Positions 39,772-47,369 of a stretch of DNA of 64,000 nt are shown here, in pieces. The translations under genes were made by a program, and so were the position numbers. This DNA is from a virus. The DNA is taken from IMG/VR virus record IMGVR_UViG_3300030101_002380, positions 1 through 64,000 of that record, one strand, 5' to 3'. Under the pieces are notes generated by a model. It saw only the letters and a program-made list of their open reading frames with translations. It was not told where the DNA came from and did not search any database. The stretch's first letter is position 1. Each line of letters opens with the position of its first letter.

Positions 39772-40431
39772 TTAATGATATCCATTTAACATCTCTAATA
39801 ATTCATTTATAGCTTGATGTCTATGTGAATCCTTTAATGTAGTTTTAAAAACATATTTTGATGGTATAAGTTTTGACATATCATGAAAAGCTGAGTGTTG
39901 TTTATCTTTTAAATCTATTTGATATGAATCACCACAAAAAATCATCTTTGATTCTTTACCTAATCTTCCAATACACATTGCTAGCTGTGATTTTGTTAAA
40001 TTTTGGTATTCATCTACAATTACTACTGAGTCATCAAAAGTACGTCCTCTAAAGTGTGCAAGAGATACTAATTCTATTTTTTCTTCTTTTTCAAGCTTCT
40101 GTAGTATTAAAGGTTTGTTATATACCTTACGCATGTTAGATCTGATAGGTACCAACCAAGGCTCCATCTTTTCATGCTCTGATCCTGGTAGAAAACCATT
40201 ATCTTCTGTAGATACTGTTGGTCTTGTTATTATAATTTTATTTACTTGTCTTTTAAATAAAAGATCCAGTGCTATCTGCACAGCAAGTAATGTCTTACCA
40301 CTTCCAGCATTTCCTACTACAAAGTTATAAGGATGTTTTAAAATTTCTGTTTTAGCCTTCTTTTGTTCTGGTGAAAGGCTTAATGAAAACCTAATACTCC
40401 CCTTTGGAGGAGTCTTTTCTTTATTTGCCAT
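39772..40431 (-). CDS. phoH: PhoH-family ATPase
   Basis: GNAGSGKT, ITRPTV, GFLPG..KMEPW, RGRTF, IVDEYQN, GDSYQID; probable start ATG 40431. Confidence 0.92.
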   Translation of the reverse strand: MANKEKTPPKGSIRFSLSLSPEQKKAKTEILKHPYNFVVGNAGSGKTLLAVQIALDLLFKRQVNKIIITRPTVSTEDNGFLPGSEHEKMEPWLVPIRSNMRKVYNKPLILQKLEKEEKIELVSLAHFRGRTFDDSVVIVDEYQNLTKSQLAMCIGRLGKESKMIFCGDSYQIDLKDKQHSAFHDMSKLIPSKYVFKTTLKDSHRHQAINELLEMLNGYH

Positions 40432-40438
40432 AGATGAT

Positions 40439-40654
40439 TTATTTACCTTTAATTTTCTCAAATGAGCTTATACCAAAGCTCCCAAGAGTAACAATAACAA
40501 ATGAGTTGTATATAACTTCATTTATTACAAGCTCCATTCCACACCATCCGGTAATAAGATCACATATAGCAAATACTACCATTAGTACAAATGAAGCAAA
40601 GCCTACTATAGCTTTTTCATTGATGTCATTTTCATCTTTAAATAATTTCCACAT
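40439..40654 (-). CDS. Two-TM membrane protein, holin candidate
   Basis: MWKLFKD.. with two hydrophobic helices and a charged C-terminus; near the endolysin; start ATG 40654 right after the upstream stop. Confidence 0.5.
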   Translation of the reverse strand: MWKLFKDENDINEKAIVGFASFVLMVVFAICDLITGWCGMELVINEVIYNSFVIVTLGSFGISSFEKIKGK

Positions 40655-40655
40655 A

Positions 40656-40919
40656 TTAACATTTCCATTTTTTTCTTGCAAGACACGCTCTTTTCTTAGG
40701 AGTCTTTCTGCAGTCAATATTAAACTTCTTAATTTGACCTAAATTTCTAGCACAAAAGGATCTTTTACGTGGTCCTCCTCCAGGCTGTGGTGCCTTAAGT
40801 TTAGAACCAGTCTTTCTATTAATCATCCTACGCCCTTTAGCAGTAAGACCACCTGACTTGCTTTTACAACCATTCTTGATTGAACAGCCTTTCATTCCTC
40901 CTTTTTTCTTGCTAGCCAT
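40656..40919 (-). CDS. Small basic Cys-containing protein (GGLTAKGR..RSFCAR family, DUF6321-like)
   Basis: 87 aa, very K/R-rich; motif recalled from marine phage proteins, not searched. Confidence 0.65.
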   Translation of the reverse strand: MASKKKGGMKGCSIKNGCKSKSGGLTAKGRRMINRKTGSKLKAPQPGGGPRKRSFCARNLGQIKKFNIDCRKTPKKRACLARKKWKC

Positions 40920-41176
40920 TACTTTCCAACTTTTTTCTGTGCCATCTTATGTGATGCGCTAAATGATGCACCATTTTTCATTGCATCAACCATCATTTGC
41001 ATATGCTTTTTACTGTGATGTACTGAGTGTTTTTTAAGTGTTTTTTGTTGTCTCATTGTTAATGCACATACATCAACACCTTTAACTTTTCCTATACACT
41101 TTTCTCCTCCCTTTTGCATTTTCTTTTTAGGTGGTCTACCTACTGTAGATCCATATGTCCCTTTACCTTGTGGCAT
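40919..41176 (-). CDS. Small basic His-rich protein
   Basis: 85 aa; KKHSVHHSKKHM..SFSASHK; coupled to the next gene. Confidence 0.65.
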   Translation of the reverse strand: MPQGKGTYGSTVGRPPKKKMQKGGEKCIGKVKGVDVCALTMRQQKTLKKHSVHHSKKHMQMMVDAMKNGASFSASHKMAQKKVGK

Positions 41177-41201
41177 AATTTTAAATTTTAATTTGTTAAT
41201 A

Positions 41202-41414
41202 TTATTTTTTCTTTTTTTTCCAACTAATTCTTTTTGGTCCTGTTTTTTTTCTAGATGCAGAATTACATTGTGCTTTAGTTGGTCTACAAGCAGGATACGG
41301 TCTCTTAGATCCGCCTTTTGCTGACTTTCTTCCGCAAGGCTTTCCAGTCTTACAATCTATCCAACCTTTACCTTTGTTTCTACTAAACCATTTATGTAAA
41401 CCTTCTTTGGCCAT
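41202..41414 (-). CDS. Small basic Cys-containing protein (GLxKWF..W..PCGR..YPACRP, DUF5872-like)
   Basis: 70 aa, K/R-rich; family recalled, not searched. Confidence 0.65.
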   Translation of the reverse strand: MAKEGLHKWFSRNKGKGWIDCKTGKPCGRKSAKGGSKRPYPACRPTKAQCNSASRKKTGPKRISWKKKKK

Positions 41415-41581
41415 TATTTCTTTTTCTTTTTAGACTTGTTACCCCAATTAGCAGCCCCCACCTTTCTGCATCTTACAAGTGCCCCTGATGCATAAGCTGA
41501 TGGCCATACGCTATATCTTGATCTTACTTTATTGTAACATGCGTCTCTTTTAGCTTTTTTCTTTTTTTTCTTCTTTGCCAT
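41414..41581 (-). CDS. Small basic protein (WPSAYASG motif), missed by the ORF track
   Basis: 55 aa, MAKKKK..AKRDACYNKVRSRYSVWPSAYASGALVRCRKVGAANWGNKSKKKK..; TAA overlaps the next ATG. Confidence 0.75.
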   Translation of the reverse strand: MAKKKKKKKAKRDACYNKVRSRYSVWPSAYASGALVRCRKVGAANWGNKSKKKKK

Positions 41582-41584
41582 AAT

Positions 41585-41947
41585 TTATCTTTTACCGCCA
41601 TAGTATTCTACTGCATGGCCCATTTCTATTAGTCTTTCATTCAAGCAGCACTCTTGATCTTCTATACTTACGTGCAATCTACCAAGCACACGTCCGTATT
41701 TACCCACCTTCTCACTCTCAACAACAAAGTAATCTTCATCATTGTCTTTTGTCAACAGATCAACTAGTGCCTGCTTTGCTGCCAGTCCACGTTTCTTTTC
41801 TTCTAGATCACGAGTTCTTGACTCAGGAGTATTTATTCCGGCTAGGCGGATTCTCTTATGAACTGTTATATCAAACCCCAAGTCAATGATAGCATCTACT
41901 GTGTCACCATCAACTACTCTGTCTAACTTTGCTTTGTATACGTACAT
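41585..41947 (-). CDS. Thermonuclease (SNase-like)
   Basis: VVDGDTV, RIRLAGINTPE, GKYGRVLG, LNERLIEMGHA. Confidence 0.9.
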   Translation of the reverse strand: MYVYKAKLDRVVDGDTVDAIIDLGFDITVHKRIRLAGINTPESRTRDLEEKKRGLAAKQALVDLLTKDNDEDYFVVESEKVGKYGRVLGRLHVSIEDQECCLNERLIEMGHAVEYYGGKR

Positions 41948-42257
41948 TTATTATATCTCTAATTTCAGCGCATTTCTCATACTCTTCAGTATCTACGAAA
42001 TATGCCATCATATTTTCTAACGTATCCATGGTTGGCTCCTCACCAGGCTCATGGGCACATATTGCAGACATTGCGTTTGGGTCCTCAGACTTCTTATCTA
42101 GCAAACTCTCCAATGTATGAGTACCAGTTATAATCTTAAATGAGTTCCTAAACGCTGCGTCTATTATTAATTCCTCTACATGCATCCTTTGTGAGAGAGT
42201 TAATCCATCCATGCCATCCATTCCTTCCATGTCATCAAATGAGTCAAAGTTGTCCAT
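41910..42257 (-). CDS. Hypothetical protein with C-terminal UVR-like motif
   Basis: Acidic 115 aa; EEYEKCAEIRD resembles the uvrB/uvrC helical motif. Confidence 0.55.
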   Translation of the reverse strand: MDNFDSFDDMEGMDGMDGLTLSQRMHVEELIIDAAFRNSFKIITGTHTLESLLDKKSEDPNAMSAICAHEPGEEPTMDTLENMMAYFVDTEEYEKCAEIRDIINVRIQSKVRQSS

Positions 42258-42312
42258 CTATTTTATTTTTTAAGTGTTTAACAAACCTTTCTATAAAGGA
42301 TCTATGTATACT

Positions 42313-42321
42313 ATAATATAC
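42313..42321 (-). promoter_or_regulatory. Putative late promoter motif GTATATTAT
   Basis: Exact copy at the head of the whole minus-strand block. Confidence 0.6.
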
Positions 42322-42453
42322 TAAAAATTTTTGGCCTATGGAAATTTTGTGTGTTTTAAGTTGTGAAAGGGTTTATACAATCAGCTCCCCGTCTTATCCA
42401 CGGGCAACACCCACCCCCTATATCAAAGTGTGGGTATACTAAAACCAAAAAAT

Positions 42454-42747
42454 ATGACAAAGTCAATTTTTTTCCACAAGATAGTAAATAATACTATCAT
42501 AGTAAAAACTGCCGTGCTAGGAACTAAAAAGTCCACTATCAACGGTGTCACTGTCTATGACAGAGAGCAAGGCTCCGTGACCTACGGTCTACTATGCCTT
42601 ATAGATGAATCAGGCAATTCCCTTGATCCATCTACTCTTGGTCTCAAGAAGAACCAAGAGATTAAAGGCTTCCAGTTGTCATCTAATCCGGTCCTTGACC
42701 AGGAAACAGATGAACCAACTGGTATGTACTGGGCAGAATCTATCTAA
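42454..42747 (+). CDS. Hypothetical protein, first gene of the plus-strand block
   Basis: ORF track 42430-42747; probable ATG 42454 after AAAACCAA leader; followed by a hairpin at 42734-42754. Confidence 0.55.
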   Translation: MTKSIFFHKIVNNTIIVKTAVLGTKKSTINGVTVYDREQGSVTYGLLCLIDESGNSLDPSTLGLKKNQEIKGFQLSSNPVLDQETDEPTGMYWAESI

Positions 42748-42766
42748 GATTCTGTTCTGTACTTGC

Positions 42767-43539
42767 TGTAACTCTGCATAGCTACGTTACATTAACACTA
42801 CTATGCACAGTTACACTAACACTTAATGCAATTGAGTGTATAAAAAATTAATTGTGTGCATTAAATTGTGTGTGTGAGGCCTTATTACCCACATATTACC
42901 ACTTTAATCCACAATACAAACTGTTAATCACAGTAATATATAATATAGCTATAAATGCAGCTTACAGGGGTACAGCTGTGAGTATACAAACCAAAGGGTA
43001 TTTACATTAGGAATAATGTTTAAACGTGTTAAGTCCCTAGAACTCTTTAAATGCACACGCTGATGAATCAGGCAATCCCAGAGTACTTGTTAGGTATACC
43101 ATTTGTTATTGTGTCTCTTCTCTCTCTATAGGATAAGAGACATAGTAACCGCAAGCTTATAAAATAATTTAACAGAGTAAACTGTTTAAAACAAAAATGA
43201 GTATTCATACGGAGTTCATACTAAGAGTGTAATCAGACTGCAGATAACTGTTACATGCTCACCTACGTATTGTTTCTATGGAGAATACTCATCATAATAT
43301 AAAGAGAGTTGGTTAGTATACATAACCACCATCCTGATACAAGTAAGGCAGTGAAATACAGAAATAAGACTAGGATCTGTACTCTCTTTTATATTCTAAT
43401 AAGGTACAGGTATTTGCTTGATGATGTAAATAGTTCCTGCTAAGTTGATGTTATCCAGCCTTATTTATAATGTATTTCGTTAGAAGTAGGAAGGGTGTTC
43501 TTTTTTGTTATATGTTTGTAACATTCCTTTCTACTTCTA
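42767..43539 (+). ncRNA. Array of long imperfect stem-loops, candidate structured ncRNA cluster
   Basis: Stems at 42767-42815, 43105-43149, 43197-43292, 43296-43395, 43398-43465, 43481-43539; several G-U pairs favour plus-strand RNA; no ORF of 60 aa or more. Confidence 0.45.
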
Positions 43540-43577
43540 CAACAACTCAAACTTAATTATTAATCAAAACTAAAACT

Positions 43578-43847
43578 ATGAATAGATTAAAAAAACTTAT
43601 CCTACCTGTAAAGATATTTGCAGCTTGGGTATTAGCAAATATACTAACAATATTATCTTGGATTACATTATATCCACTATTAGAGTGGGCAAATATAATT
43701 AACCATCCTTCTCAACATCCATATTGGTTAATACCAGTATTAGTGATATATCTTATTGCATCACTAGACTGGTTGTTTAATTTTAAACATATGTATAACC
43801 AATGGGTACAGCATAGATTATGGACTAGAAAACATCGTGGAAAATGA
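43578..43847 (+). CDS. Small two-TM membrane protein
   Basis: 89 aa with two hydrophobic segments. Confidence 0.6.
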   Translation: MNRLKKLILPVKIFAAWVLANILTILSWITLYPLLEWANIINHPSQHPYWLIPVLVIYLIASLDWLFNFKHMYNQWVQHRLWTRKHRGK

Positions 43848-44392
43848 TTGAGTTAGTTAGAAAGCTATGGGAAAGGATCACAGGACGTGGTCCTTCTCAT
43901 AGTCACATAGATAATAATGATCATTTTATTGAAAATCAAAAGATCTTTGCTATTGAACGTGGTAAACAGAATTTGATATCAAGAAGATTAGATATTGTAC
44001 AAGACACAATAATATATAATTGTGTTTATTTTAGTGGAGCTTGTGTACACACTTACTATCCTAAAGATAATAAAACTAATACAAGGTTTACTATAGGAGA
44101 CTGGGACTTGCCAAAGTATTATAAGAATAACTTAGGTAATAATATCATTAAGGTATTACCTTTTAAATATGAAGATTATAACTTTAATGTAACCGCATCC
44201 CAAGACTATATTAGCATAGAGTTTTATAAACTAAATGATGGTATACATTTTATAAATAGTTATGATCACCTGAATATATTGCGTGATCATTCAGAGATAA
44301 AGAGAAAGATTAAGAAGTTTGTTAAAGATAATAAACATCTTAACTATGAGTGCAAAGATAATATTATACAACTGGATATTTCTCACATATGA
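43844..44392 (+). CDS. Hypothetical protein
   Basis: 182 aa; ATGA overlap with the upstream gene. Confidence 0.6.
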   Translation: MIELVRKLWERITGRGPSHSHIDNNDHFIENQKIFAIERGKQNLISRRLDIVQDTIIYNCVYFSGACVHTYYPKDNKTNTRFTIGDWDLPKYYKNNLGNNIIKVLPFKYEDYNFNVTASQDYISIEFYKLNDGIHFINSYDHLNILRDHSEIKRKIKKFVKDNKHLNYECKDNIIQLDISHI

Positions 44393-44499
44393 GAAACATA
44401 ACAGTACCAGTATATAATTATAGATATTTAATAGTCAGTTATGGTTATTAAGTTTGAGAGATAGTAAGGGTAGTGTAGTGCTACCCTTATTATCATACT

Positions 44500-44573
44500 G
44501 CACCCATAGCTCAATTGGATAGAGCAACAGCCTTCTAAGCTGTAGGTTGTAGGTTCAAGTCCTACTGGGTGTA
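44500..44573 (+). tRNA. tRNA-Arg(TCT)
   Basis: GCACCCA/TGGGTGT acceptor stem, D-arm GCTC..GAGC, anticodon arm ACAGC-CTTCTAA-GCTGT, T-loop GTTCAAGTC; CCA not encoded; preceded by a 14-bp hairpin at 44460-44494. Confidence 0.95.
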
Positions 44574-44600
44574 CTAATTATTAATTAAAAAACATTTATT

Positions 44601-44732
44601 ATGAGAAATCTATTAAAATTCTTTAAGGAAGAATGGAAATTCCTTACAAAAGCAATCCTATTATGTAGCTTTACTATTACAGTAGCAATATGCGTGATAC
44701 ATGCAATATTTACATTATGGAACGTAGTATAA
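44601..44732 (+). CDS. 43-aa single-TM peptide
   Basis: MRNLLKFFKEEWKFLTKAILLCSFTITVAICVIHAIFTLWNVV*; A/T-rich leader. Confidence 0.45.
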   Translation: MRNLLKFFKEEWKFLTKAILLCSFTITVAICVIHAIFTLWNVV

Positions 44733-45160
44733 AACTTACTGTACCTCAATTAAAAGTATTGTTATCTGACTTGTTTAATCAAGAAGCTGGTAAATCAGCA
44801 GATGCAGTACTACATATGTTGACTGATGTACAGATAGAATTATTAATGCACATTATGTCTACACCAGATTATATACTTTTAAATAAGAATCAAAAGATTA
44901 AGTTTAAACCTGATAAGTATACATTTGAGAATGTAAACATAGATGTACTACAAGATCTAGGATTTGTAGATGAAGAAGGTTATCATTACGGCAAGATAAC
45001 TGGTGATACATCTTATGGTAGTGATTTTAATCCTACTTACTATAAGATGCACGTAAGATGTGTTACTTTACGTAACAATAAACCTATATCTACAGACATG
45101 GAAGTATATACTAAAGATATTGTAGCAATACCTTTAGACAAATGGAAAGGTTTGGAATAG
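44717..45160 (+). CDS. Hypothetical protein
   Basis: ORF track 44690-45160; probable start ATG 44717. Confidence 0.6.
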   Translation: MERSIKLTVPQLKVLLSDLFNQEAGKSADAVLHMLTDVQIELLMHIMSTPDYILLNKNQKIKFKPDKYTFENVNIDVLQDLGFVDEEGYHYGKITGDTSYGSDFNPTYYKMHVRCVTLRNNKPISTDMEVYTKDIVAIPLDKWKGLE

Positions 45161-45384
45161 TTTCACATGAAGTTATATCTGATCCAAAGCTGTCTCTGAT
45201 AGCAAAGGCTGTATATAGTGTATACTGTATACACGCCAACAAGAGTCGTACTTGTTTCCCAAACAATAGTACTGTAGCTGACATGTTAAATGTTGGTTAT
45301 AGTACTGTTAGCAGGGGTATAAAAGAACTGAAAGATGCAAAATATATTAAGAGAGAAGGTAAAATAATAAGGCTATTAAAATAG
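45142..45384 (+). CDS. Helix-turn-helix DNA-binding protein
   Basis: DPKLSLIAKAVY..CFPNNSTVADMLNVGYSTVSRGIKELKDAKYI, typical phage replication-initiator-type HTH. Confidence 0.75.
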   Translation: MERFGIVSHEVISDPKLSLIAKAVYSVYCIHANKSRTCFPNNSTVADMLNVGYSTVSRGIKELKDAKYIKREGKIIRLLK

Positions 45385-45465
45385 ATAGCTATACTTCTCT
45401 TAACAAATATTGTTGTATCAGCAAGAGTATGTATTATCATTGATAATTTTTAATACTTTTGTTAA

Positions 45466-45741
45466 ATGATATACCAATTACCAAACGGCAGAGTTATACA
45501 TCTTAGTCTAGAACAATATCTAGACATGACAGATGATGAGTTGCATGAACTTGCAAGTCTTGGTGATCAGTATACATCAGATCCTGCAGATCCTTTCTAT
45601 AAATCTGCACTACATAGTTCTGGTACTAAAAGACAAAAGCCAGATGATGGTATGATAGAGGAAGATAGAGAACAACCTCTTGATGAAATACCTGATATAG
45701 AAAAGTTCCAGGACAATTACTTTCGTCCTGATGACATTTAA
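45466..45741 (+). CDS. Hypothetical acidic protein
   Basis: 91 aa; TACTTTTG (TAnnTTTG) at 45454-45461 just upstream. Confidence 0.6.
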   Translation: MIYQLPNGRVIHLSLEQYLDMTDDELHELASLGDQYTSDPADPFYKSALHSSGTKRQKPDDGMIEEDREQPLDEIPDIEKFQDNYFRPDDI

Positions 45742-45784
45742 ATTTATTCACACTTTTTATTAATTTTTTAAAACCAATTTAGAC

Positions 45785-46408
45785 ATGACTGAGAATGGTA
45801 AAGTTACTATTGTTGCAGATGACAACGGTAGTGTAATTAGAGTATCCAAAAATAATCCTGAGTTTGGACACGTTAGATTAGTACAGGATACAACAACTAT
45901 TGGTAACGGTAACTGGGTAAAGAAGCAAAGCAGAAGCACCCTAATACACGGTACAGTAGAAGATCTACAAGCTACAGGTTTAGCTGAGGCAAAGACATTG
46001 CCTGGTAAAATTATTGTAAGAGAATCATTTGAACCATTTAGTTCAGATAATCCTGAGAGAGATCTTAAAATAGCGGGGGACACAGGCATAGTATGTGTAG
46101 GTGTTAACCCAGAAACAGGAGAGGTAGACTGTCCTATATACAGAAAATCATTTTATTCTATGGATATGAATGATCATGATACACTTATTGCTCACACTAA
46201 TGGTCAAGCTATTAGAGAAGCTAATGGTGTTGAGTCAAAAGCAGTTAAGTTAACTAAAGAAGAAGTTGATAAGATGACTGCTAATGATGAAGAAGAGAAG
46301 CCTGTTGCCACAAGACGCAATAAAAAGCAGGTGGATCTAGAAGACTCTATTGAAGAAATCCAAGAGGAAGCTGAAGTAGAAGTTGAAGATGAATCATTTG
46401 AATTGTAA
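45785..46408 (+). CDS. Putative ssDNA-binding protein
   Basis: 207 aa; beta-rich N-terminus, long acidic tail ending DESFEL; followed by a strong terminator. Confidence 0.45.
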   Translation: MTENGKVTIVADDNGSVIRVSKNNPEFGHVRLVQDTTTIGNGNWVKKQSRSTLIHGTVEDLQATGLAEAKTLPGKIIVRESFEPFSSDNPERDLKIAGDTGIVCVGVNPETGEVDCPIYRKSFYSMDMNDHDTLIAHTNGQAIREANGVESKAVKLTKEEVDKMTANDEEEKPVATRRNKKQVDLEDSIEEIQEEAEVEVEDESFEL

Positions 46409-46429
46409 GATTCATAATACTTGTTTTGA

Positions 46430-46458
46430 AAGAGGGGCCTAGTGTCCCTCTTTTTTTT
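46430..46458 (+). terminator. Intrinsic terminator
   Basis: AGAGGGGC-CTAGT-GTCCCTCT followed by a T-run. Confidence 0.8.
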
Positions 46459-46494
46459 ACTCAAACTTAATTAATAACTTAACACTATACTATT

Positions 46495-46971
46495 ATGCTA
46501 AATGAAAAACAAATTTTAGAACTTAAGAGAGGTAGATTTATAATAAACCTCAAAAAAATAGAGATATATGATGAATATGTATCTCATGATAGGGATATAC
46601 ACTATCAAAAACTAAATCCAAGACAACACTTTATGTTTAAAAGAGTGTTACATGGTCTTAAACTTTATACTAAAGATGAAATAGAGAAGATGCACTGGGA
46701 TAAGAAGAGAAGAATTATCAAGGTATGGAAAAGATCACAGGATGTTATTAATAGATGGAAACAAAAGCTTTGTTACAATGATAGTCAAAAAATTTTTGCT
46801 ATCTTTAAAAGCAGTAAATTAGGTAAGGCATTCTATGATGAGCCTTTCTACTATTTATCAGATTATAATAACAAACTAACGTTAAAAGAACTTGGTATTC
46901 AGTATGAACATGTGATTGTAAAGTTCATTGCTGAAGGTCTTTTACCTAAAAACTTTTTTGATATTAAATGA
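46495..46971 (+). CDS. Hypothetical basic protein
   Basis: 158-aa ORF coupled to the next gene. Confidence 0.6.
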   Translation: MLNEKQILELKRGRFIINLKKIEIYDEYVSHDRDIHYQKLNPRQHFMFKRVLHGLKLYTKDEIEKMHWDKKRRIIKVWKRSQDVINRWKQKLCYNDSQKIFAIFKSSKLGKAFYDEPFYYLSDYNNKLTLKELGIQYEHVIVKFIAEGLLPKNFFDIK

Positions 46972-47369
46972 AACCAAAGAAGAAACATTGTGCTGGCTGT
47001 GAGACAGATCAGTATATATGGAAAAATCATGAAGGCAATAAATATTGTAGAAACTGCTGGGGTAAACTTGCAGGTAAACCTTTTAAATCAAAAAAGGTTA
47101 AACCCATTAGGGTTAAATCTACAAAGATGCAAAAGCTTGATGCGTTGTATACAAAGTTACGTGGGGTATATTTAACAAAGCATCCAATGTGTCAAGCTGC
47201 ATTGCCTAATTGTACCAAAATGTCCACAGATGTACATCACATGAAAGGTAGGGGTGAGTATCATAATGATACAACAACTTGGCTTTCTGTGTGTAGATCT
47301 TGTCATACATGGATAGAAGAGAATCCAAAGGAAGCAATAGAATTAGAATTATCACATAAAAGAATATGA
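46968..47369 (+). CDS. Zn-binding HNH-like (NinG-like) nuclease
   Basis: CAGC..CRNC; CQ..C..TDVHH..SVCRSCHTWIE. Confidence 0.7.
   Translation: MKPKKKHCAGCETDQYIWKNHEGNKYCRNCWGKLAGKPFKSKKVKPIRVKSTKMQKLDALYTKLRGVYLTKHPMCQAALPNCTKMSTDVHHMKGRGEYHNDTTTWLSVCRSCHTWIEENPKEAIELELSHKRI

Noticed and set aside
43060-43090. CTGATGA suggesting a hammerhead ribozyme core
   Set aside because: No clean stem II followed by GAAA, and no stems I/III could be built
42748-43577. CRISPR or mini-CRISPR array
   Set aside because: The stems differ in sequence; no repeated unit with regular spacers and no cas genes
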